Both the position numbers and the translations under genes were made by a program. The notes under the pieces were generated by a model. It was not told where the DNA came from. It did no database searches and worked only from the letters and a program-made list of their open reading frames with translations. A stretch of 33,515 nt of DNA from Promethearchaeota archaeon. Lineage in GTDB: Archaea; Asgardarchaeota; Lokiarchaeia; Sigyniarchaeales; SOKP01. Shown here piece by piece: positions 27,933 through 33,515 of the stretch (position 1 is the stretch's first letter; every line of letters starts with the position of its first letter). The stretch lies in assembly GCA_048938445.1 (NCBI GenBank), contig JBHLME010000044.1:1-33515 (forward strand), written 5' to 3'.

Positions 27933-29507
27933 TTAATCAATTTTGCTACGCTTTTTGGCTTTTTTTCGCATTTTTTTTAAGATAACATACCCAATTCCTA
28001 TGATTGCTATTGATGCAATCACAATAATAGTTATAAGGATGACTGTATAGATTTGAGCTGTAGGATTAAGAATCTCAATTCTATAAAAAACTTCTGAGCC
28101 TTTGAATTCAATTAAATTTTGACTTCCAGAACTTGCATAAGTAAACTCGATTTTAAAATTTTCTCGTTGGGATACGCCGTCTACACCAAGAACTCCTTGA
28201 GCCCATTCGTATTCAATGGTCACCACCCGTTCATTTACGGTTATCCCGCCTTTATGTTTTTTGGTCCCACCCCAGTAGACATCTTCGTCAATATCAAAAT
28301 CATTAATTACTTTCTCAAGATATTTTTCAATAGGTTTCATTCCAGGAATTCCCTGTAAGAAGAGTTCTGCTAAGTATTCTTTTTTATCGGGAACTAACGA
28401 CCGAAAATAGGGTTCAATGTACCCAATTCCAGGACCAGATGCAAAAAGCTCTTGAATGGGATTCTCGCCTGTCTCATTAATAAGCGCATCAATAAACAAT
28501 GCTGGTAGATCCACGGTCGGATCTCCAATTAATGCTAAGTAGTTCAGAAGTTTGGTATCATCGATTAATACATACAATCCTTTTGCAATTGTGCTATTTA
28601 AATATTCCCAGAATTCTAGTTGTGCTTCACCATCAAGACCTCCTAACGATTCCGTCTTGCATAAATAGAGCGTGGTTTTAATAGCAAGAAGACTCTCAAT
28701 AATCGTATCGATTAAAGAAAACTCGTGATCTAAAAATCCATTAAAATAATACCAAGAATCATGTAGATCATGGGGATCTTCGATAAACGGCACGCGGTCA
28801 TTTGCGATATCGGGCTTCGAATCAAATGGGTCAATGGTAAAGTCCCATTTATCTCTTTCAAGGATATAGCCTTTATAGGTCTTTCTATATGATGCAGTCA
28901 CCTTCTCTTTTGTTAGTGTACTCTCTTGTATTAAATCATATGAATTGTTGACTTGAGTAGAACAATAAAGTGGTGTGCCAACTTCATATCCAAGATCAAT
29001 GTAATTGCTTGCAAAAAATGCCACGACGTATCTAATGATCCACATGTAGCCGCAAGTTGCGCCTGCTCCAAAATCGTTCCTCGTTAAATTGACAGGATCA
29101 ATTACTAATCCTGTCGTGTTTTCATAGGCTAAGCTCGCAACCGTATCGTGTACAAACGGAACTGCCGACCAATAGTCAGTAAATCCTAACGTATTGGTAG
29201 GAACGGTGCTGTTCATTAAATAATCACCAAAAAACCAAATATCGTCTCTCTCGAAGTCATTGATTGTTGATTTACTCTTGGATCCAACGTCGTTTGCATA
29301 GGTTCGGCTTCCTCCAAACAAAGTATTTGCTTTATAATCGAAACTTCCTCCAAGATGATCGCCCCATGCGTCTTTATCGTATATTTGTACTTCGCTTTCA
29401 ACTGATACTCCTCTGGCCTCCTCAGACACTCCGAATGTCCACGCTGCTGCTGTAACTGGTTGGGCGATGATTGGAATTGAATATGCTACTAGTATAGTCG
29501 CAAACAC
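27933..29507 (-). CDS. Secreted/surface protein with a C-terminal TM anchor and basic cytoplasmic tail
   Basis: N-terminal hydrophobic signal ending PVTAA; acidic ectodomain with six N-x-S/T sequons; TM segment IYTVILITIIVIASIAIIGIGYVIL followed by KKMRKKAKKR. The start may be at 29534. Confidence 0.75.
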   Translation of the reverse strand: MFATILVAYSIPIIAQPVTAAAWTFGVSEEARGVSVESEVQIYDKDAWGDHLGGSFDYKANTLFGGSRTYANDVGSKSKSTINDFERDDIWFFGDYLMNSTVPTNTLGFTDYWSAVPFVHDTVASLAYENTTGLVIDPVNLTRNDFGAGATCGYMWIIRYVVAFFASNYIDLGYEVGTPLYCSTQVNNSYDLIQESTLTKEKVTASYRKTYKGYILERDKWDFTIDPFDSKPDIANDRVPFIEDPHDLHDSWYYFNGFLDHEFSLIDTIIESLLAIKTTLYLCKTESLGGLDGEAQLEFWEYLNSTIAKGLYVLIDDTKLLNYLALIGDPTVDLPALFIDALINETGENPIQELFASGPGIGYIEPYFRSLVPDKKEYLAELFLQGIPGMKPIEKYLEKVINDFDIDEDVYWGGTKKHKGGITVNERVVTIEYEWAQGVLGVDGVSQRENFKIEFTYASSGSQNLIEFKGSEVFYRIEILNPTAQIYTVILITIIVIASIAIIGIGYVILKKMRKKAKKRSKID

Positions 29508-29664
29508 AATTATATATGAAATATGTTTATTTATCTATTTTCACCTTGATCTCTTTTTTATATAATTTTATACCTCACTCACCCTTTTGTTATCATCCCT
29601 TTTAATTAAAAAATTTTCTTTAAATTAGTTATTTGAATCCTTACTCTTTAATTTTTTTTTATTA

Positions 29665-31125
29665 CTACTCTGAAAATCTCCCAAAACCTGACATTTTTAG
29701 ATGCCTAAACTGCATAATTGCTCTCATTCCAGTACTAAAATGTTTTAGAAAATTTAAACCAAGTTTTCGCTTATATGAACTTAATAACATATTTGGAAGA
29801 AATTTTATATTTCTAAATGATATATGTTTCCTATATGCTTGTCTAATTAAGCCTAAGATAATCCTTCTCTGTCTTTCCGTGTGAGTAAAGTCCATTACTC
29901 TGATTGAAGCCTCCCACATTTTTTCTTCATTAATAATTCCCTTTGATACTAGATCATCCCACATTGGGATTCCTGGCCAGGCTTCTACTACATTCAGAAA
30001 GAAAAAATCCAAATCTGATTTCATTGCGAATTGTATTGTGTTTTGGCACTCAGATATAGACTCTGTGGGTGCACCAACCATAAATAATCCAAGAACAAAA
30101 TCTATTTTAGCTTCTTTTGCAATTTTAATAGCTCTAAGAGATTGGTCAGGTGTTATATTTTTATTATAATAATTTAAAATTCTTTGATTTGCGCTCTCAA
30201 TTCCAAAGCTAATCGATTTACACCCAGCTGATGCTATTTGTTCAAAAAATTTCTTAGTAACTTTATCGACACGCATTTCAGCGTGCCAATTAATATCAAG
30301 CTCTTCTTTTTTCAGTAATTTACAAAATTCTAACACATTCTTAAGATTAAGTGAAAAATTATCATCTACAAATGCAACCTCTGAATATCCTTGTGAAGTT
30401 AAATATGAAAACTCTTCAACCAAACGTTCAGGTGATTTGGATCTATATCGTCTATTTGAAAATCTAGCCACTGCACAATAAGCACATCCATAAGGACAGC
30501 CACGAGTAAAAAAAGTTGATGCTAATTTTGAATCCATCAATTCTATTCCTGCTAAATTCTGGCGATATTGAATTTTAAGAAGTGAACGATCAGGAAAAGG
30601 TAGATCGTCCAAATTTTTCGTTACTTGACAATCAGGATTACTCTTAATTTTCCCGTTAAACCGATAACTTATCCCTAATATATCAGTAGGTTCTCGATTG
30701 GGATTTTTTTCAAGATACTCAATTAAATTAGAAAGAATATATTCATTTTCTCCACGCACACAATAATCCACGACATGATTATACTTTTCTAATATTTTAT
30801 CAGCACAAATTGTTGGATGATAATGTCCTAACACTATTTTTACATTTGGATTCCATTTTTTGACCATTTCTGATATTCTAATGGAAGATAAAAATCCAAC
30901 AGTAAATGTAGTGATTCCAAGAACCTCTGGATCTACTCTTTTTATCCAATTTAGTACTTCTTCAAAACTAAATCCATTTGATGCTTGATCTAATAATCTA
31001 ACCTGATGACCTTGTTGTTTTAAAATTGTTCCTAATAAAATAATTCCTAATGGAGGCCATTTTTGTCCATAAAATTGTTCTTTTTCTCCTAATACTGGCT
31101 TAGGATTGATTAGAGCAATTCTCAA
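29665..31125 (-). CDS. B12-binding radical SAM enzyme (class B), close paralog of 16475..17986
   Basis: WPPLG, GHYHP, TRGCPYGCAYC, VDDNF, GIESANQRIL, GAPTE and a C-terminal GFG tail. Confidence 0.92.
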   Translation of the reverse strand: MRIALINPKPVLGEKEQFYGQKWPPLGIILLGTILKQQGHQVRLLDQASNGFSFEEVLNWIKRVDPEVLGITTFTVGFLSSIRISEMVKKWNPNVKIVLGHYHPTICADKILEKYNHVVDYCVRGENEYILSNLIEYLEKNPNREPTDILGISYRFNGKIKSNPDCQVTKNLDDLPFPDRSLLKIQYRQNLAGIELMDSKLASTFFTRGCPYGCAYCAVARFSNRRYRSKSPERLVEEFSYLTSQGYSEVAFVDDNFSLNLKNVLEFCKLLKKEELDINWHAEMRVDKVTKKFFEQIASAGCKSISFGIESANQRILNYYNKNITPDQSLRAIKIAKEAKIDFVLGLFMVGAPTESISECQNTIQFAMKSDLDFFFLNVVEAWPGIPMWDDLVSKGIINEEKMWEASIRVMDFTHTERQRRIILGLIRQAYRKHISFRNIKFLPNMLLSSYKRKLGLNFLKHFSTGMRAIMQFRHLKMSGFGRFSE

Positions 31126-31320
31126 ATTATCTGACCTGCAATTTTATTTTTTTTCCTTTCCAATTTAAATTTTAAGTTCTTTTTACTAATATGTTGTATT
31201 TTAATATGATGAGAAGATATTAATAACTTTTTTTAAGTTAATACATATTTCATTTTTTTTCTGAGTCTTTTTAAAATCATATTTAAATGAAATTGGAACT
31301 ATCCTAGAATGAACTATAAA

Positions 31321-31335
31321 TATTATTAAATCCAA
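31321..31335 (+). promoter_or_regulatory. Putative TATA-containing promoter element TATTATTAAATCCAA, copy 1
   Basis: An identical 15-mer lies upstream of both tandem paralogs (also 32096..32110); flanking AAATGAAAT/AATGAA words are also shared. Confidence 0.55.
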
Positions 31336-31360
31336 TTATTATATTAATCACAAATTTTAT

Positions 31361-31454
31361 TTGACAATAATGGAAGGTTGTTTAAGGAAGTTTGTGATAA
31401 TATTTGATAATAATGGAAGGTTGGTAAAAGAAAATGACAATAATAGAAGGTTGG
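31361..31454 (+). repeat. Three imperfect direct repeats of TGAYAATAATRGAAGGTTG
   Basis: Copies start at 31361, 31404 and 31434; the third is the first seven codons of the downstream CDS. Confidence 0.85.
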
Positions 31455-31928
31455 GAAGTTTCTCCTGACAGAATTAAAATGTTTGAAAAAATGATGTCTA
31501 CGGACGCTGTCGGCGATCCGATCATTACCTCAAAATGTGTACTCGATAATGAAAATGGCTTTTTAATAGTCAGTGATGACGGTTTTGCCTGGAGAATTAA
31601 ATTGGGGATGAGACAGGCAGGTGCAATCCGGGCAGCGATGGCAAGTGGAAAAAGTAAATGGGTAAGATGGTATGATGTAGCTAATATTACACCGAAAAAA
31701 AATGGTCAAATTCTAGTGCATTTAAAAATACGAAAAAAGGGATCCATAATAAAAGATAAAAAAGGCAATTACAAAGTAAAGAAGTGGAAACTCACAATAA
31801 GAAAAAACAAGGGTGAACAAAAAGATCAATGGAAACAAAGATTAGAAGCTTTCAATAATATTATTTTAGAAATATTTAGCCGGAATGCCGTAGAAGAAGA
31901 TCCTCCTACAAGCGATTCTAGAATGTAA
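31434..31928 (+). CDS. Hypothetical protein, possible PH-like fold
   Basis: 164 aa and highly similar to the downstream paralog; beta-strand pattern GFLIVSDDGFAWR...VRWYDVANI followed by a C-terminal amphipathic helix. Confidence 0.8.
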   Translation: MTIIEGWEVSPDRIKMFEKMMSTDAVGDPIITSKCVLDNENGFLIVSDDGFAWRIKLGMRQAGAIRAAMASGKSKWVRWYDVANITPKKNGQILVHLKIRKKGSIIKDKKGNYKVKKWKLTIRKNKGEQKDQWKQRLEAFNNIILEIFSRNAVEEDPPTSDSRM

Positions 31929-31960
31929 AATGTCATCATTTCAACATTGAAGATTCAAAC

Positions 31961-31974
31961 CTTTATTTTTTTTT
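31961..31974 (+). terminator. Putative archaeal oligo-T terminator
   Basis: T9 tract ~40 nt after the stop; an equivalent T7 tract (32851..32857) follows the paralog at a similar distance. Confidence 0.4.
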
Positions 31975-32095
31975 AATCTATAATTTTTTTAGTTTTTCTA
32001 TCTTAGGACAAAATCTTTTAATAAGTTTTATTATAGACTCCTATCCTTCTTTAATATTAAAATGAAATAAAAATTATATTATAATGAAATAATAT

Positions 32096-32110
32096 TATTA
32101 TTAAATCCAA
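32096..32110 (+). promoter_or_regulatory. Putative TATA-containing promoter element, copy 2
   Basis: Identical to 31321..31335; about 60 nt upstream of ATG 32170. Confidence 0.55.
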
Positions 32111-32169
32111 AGAATATATTTAATAAAAAAATTATTAGAATAGAATTTCATCAGATTGGAGCGAAAGAA

Positions 32170-32811
32170 ATGGATCAACAAGAAAAATTCTATTGTCCTA
32201 CATGTGGTAAAGCCATAAAAGTTGGCCTTAATTTTTGTACTAATTGTGGAGTTAAGTTAAGTGAATTAGATGTGAATGTAACTATATCTGAAGCTCCACC
32301 ACAATCTCAAACTACTAATGTTTTGGAAGGAAATTTGCTAATGAAAGGTTGGGAAGTTTCCCCTGATAGAATTGATAAATTTAATTTAATTATTGCCGAG
32401 AATCCTTTAGGTTCCCCAATTATTACTTCTAAATGTAAGTTAGATAATCAAAATGGTTTATTAGTAGTTAGCGACAGCGGTTTTGCCTGGAGAATTCAAG
32501 TTGGGTTTAAAACTTCAGCATGGAATACCGGAAAAGATAAATGGATAAGATGGTACGACATAGCTAATATTATCCCTAAGAAACATGGTCAAGTATTAGT
32601 AGAGTTAAAAATACGAAAATATGGATCTTTACTATTAGATGCAAGTGGTAATCCGAAAATAAAAAAGTGGAAACTGACAATAAAACCAAATAAGGGAGAG
32701 CCAAAAGATCAATGGATGCAAAGATTAGAGACTTTTAATGATATTATGTTAGAAATATATAACCGGAATAAAGTAGATACAGACCCTACTATGAGTGATT
32801 CTAGAATGTAG
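32170..32811 (+). CDS. Zinc-ribbon plus PH-like domain protein, tandem paralog
   Basis: YCPTCG...NFCTNCG, then GWEVSPDRI...PIITSKC...GFAWRI...RWYDIANI...KKWKLTI...SDSRM shared with 31434..31928. Confidence 0.82.
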   Translation: MDQQEKFYCPTCGKAIKVGLNFCTNCGVKLSELDVNVTISEAPPQSQTTNVLEGNLLMKGWEVSPDRIDKFNLIIAENPLGSPIITSKCKLDNQNGLLVVSDSGFAWRIQVGFKTSAWNTGKDKWIRWYDIANIIPKKHGQVLVELKIRKYGSLLLDASGNPKIKKWKLTIKPNKGEPKDQWMQRLETFNDIMLEIYNRNKVDTDPTMSDSRM

Positions 32812-32930
32812 CATCTAATTATCTAAAAGCTAACAATTCAAAAAGTATTATTTTTTTATCTTTCTGTAGTTTTTATTAATATTACAGTCTTAGAATAAAA
32901 TTTTTTGATAAAGTTTGCATTTTGTTTTTC

Positions 32931-33515
32931 TCAAGCATTAATCCTATCTTCTTTTATTGATATAAGCTCACGTGAAAACGGATCGTATCCTATAGAATCT
33001 CTTTTACTAATTACTTTTTCAATTATATTTCTAAAAATTTTAAAGATGATATTTTCAAATCCAGCACTAAAAACTTCATTTTTCCATCTAAAATTTGCAG
33101 GAGATCTTATCAATTTAAATATAGGTACGTTATTTTGTTCAAAAACTTTCTTACCAATGATCGCGCTTGTAATTGAAATCATTTCTAGTAGATTTTTATT
33201 CTTTAAATAGCTTGGTGCGCGTTCTCTCCGAATTTTCGCCCAGCTAAGGAGATTAGAGGGAGGTTCAAATCCCATTTTTATAGCATGATCATAAATAATG
33301 GTTTTAGGATAAGGAAAGAGTATTTTTATTGAAAATTCACAATCAGGGTTGATCTCTTTAACTTTTTTTATTAAGGTTATGGTTTTTTTAATATCCCTTT
33401 TAGTTTCACCCGGGATGCCAATCATCCAACTATAATCGGCAATAATACCTATATCTTTTGTAATTTGAGCACTTCTAATTGTATCTTTTATTGAAATTTT
33501 TTTATTCAATATATT
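32931..33515 (-). CDS. B12-binding radical SAM-like enzyme, C-terminal part (5' truncated by window edge)
   Basis: WMIGIPGET and FPYPKT are class B rSAM C-terminal motifs; the frame is open to the window end. The CxxxCxxC motif is not visible. Confidence 0.72.
   Translation of the reverse strand, partial: NILNKKISIKDTIRSAQITKDIGIIADYSWMIGIPGETKRDIKKTITLIKKVKEINPDCEFSIKILFPYPKTIIYDHAIKMGFEPPSNLLSWAKIRRERAPSYLKNKNLLEMISITSAIIGKKVFEQNNVPIFKLIRSPANFRWKNEVFSAGFENIIFKIFRNIIEKVISKRDSIGYDPFSRELISIKEDRINA

Noticed and set aside
31361-31454. Triple repeat as a mini-CRISPR array
   Set aside because: The repeat is only ~19-21 nt, the spacers are short and unequal (about 23 and 9 nt), the third copy is coding, and no cas genes are present.
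19944-33210. Remaining short ORFs (19944, 24116, 25236, 26132, 26504, 28119, 28499, 29216, 29264, 29633, 32905)
   Set aside because: Antisense or out-of-frame overlaps of stronger CDSs, with no recognisable domains.
1-33515. tRNA/rRNA genes, IS elements, integrases, cobalamin riboswitch
   Set aside because: Intergenic regions are short and very AT-rich, with no GC-rich stems, terminal inverted repeats or recombinase ORFs seen by eye; tRNAscan/Infernal were not run.

Overview
AT-rich, gene-dense window of about 29 CDS, with no rRNA, tRNA, CRISPR array or mobile element visible. Gene content and style (many B12-binding radical SAM paralogs, zinc-ribbon membrane proteins, LuxE-like ligases, GGAGGT/AGGTGA Shine-Dalgarno sites, oligo-T terminators) suggest an anaerobic archaeon, most plausibly Lokiarchaeia/Promethearchaeota (Asgard); this is inference only. 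Three blocks are present. (1) 1-8361, minus strand, running off the left edge: two radical SAM/SPASM enzymes, a B12-binding radical SAM, two soluble ABBA-type aromatic prenyltransferases (CloQ/NphB/AmbP family), an SCP2 lipid-carrier protein and a U32-family Fe-S protein that the ORF track missed. Both prenyltransferases and both SPASM enzymes begin with the same ungapped ~82-aa helical module. This is the best candidate for an undescribed system: an O2-independent prenylated-aromatic (quinone, meroterpenoid or prenyl-peptide) pathway possibly assembled through a shared docking domain. (2) ~9472-27821: a lipid/glycan tailoring region with a CDP-alcohol phosphotransferase, three GT2 enzymes, two LuxE-like ligases, four B12-radical SAMs, one further radical SAM, an alpha/beta hydrolase, a membrane-anchored hexapeptide acyltransferase and a polysaccharide deacetylase. 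(3) 27933-33515: a surface glycoprotein candidate, two more B12-radical SAMs, and a tandem pair of PH-like paralogs with a duplicated promoter and a triplicated 5' end. Ten radical SAM genes occur in total, seven of them B12-type. All family assignments come from motif recognition by eye, not database searches.
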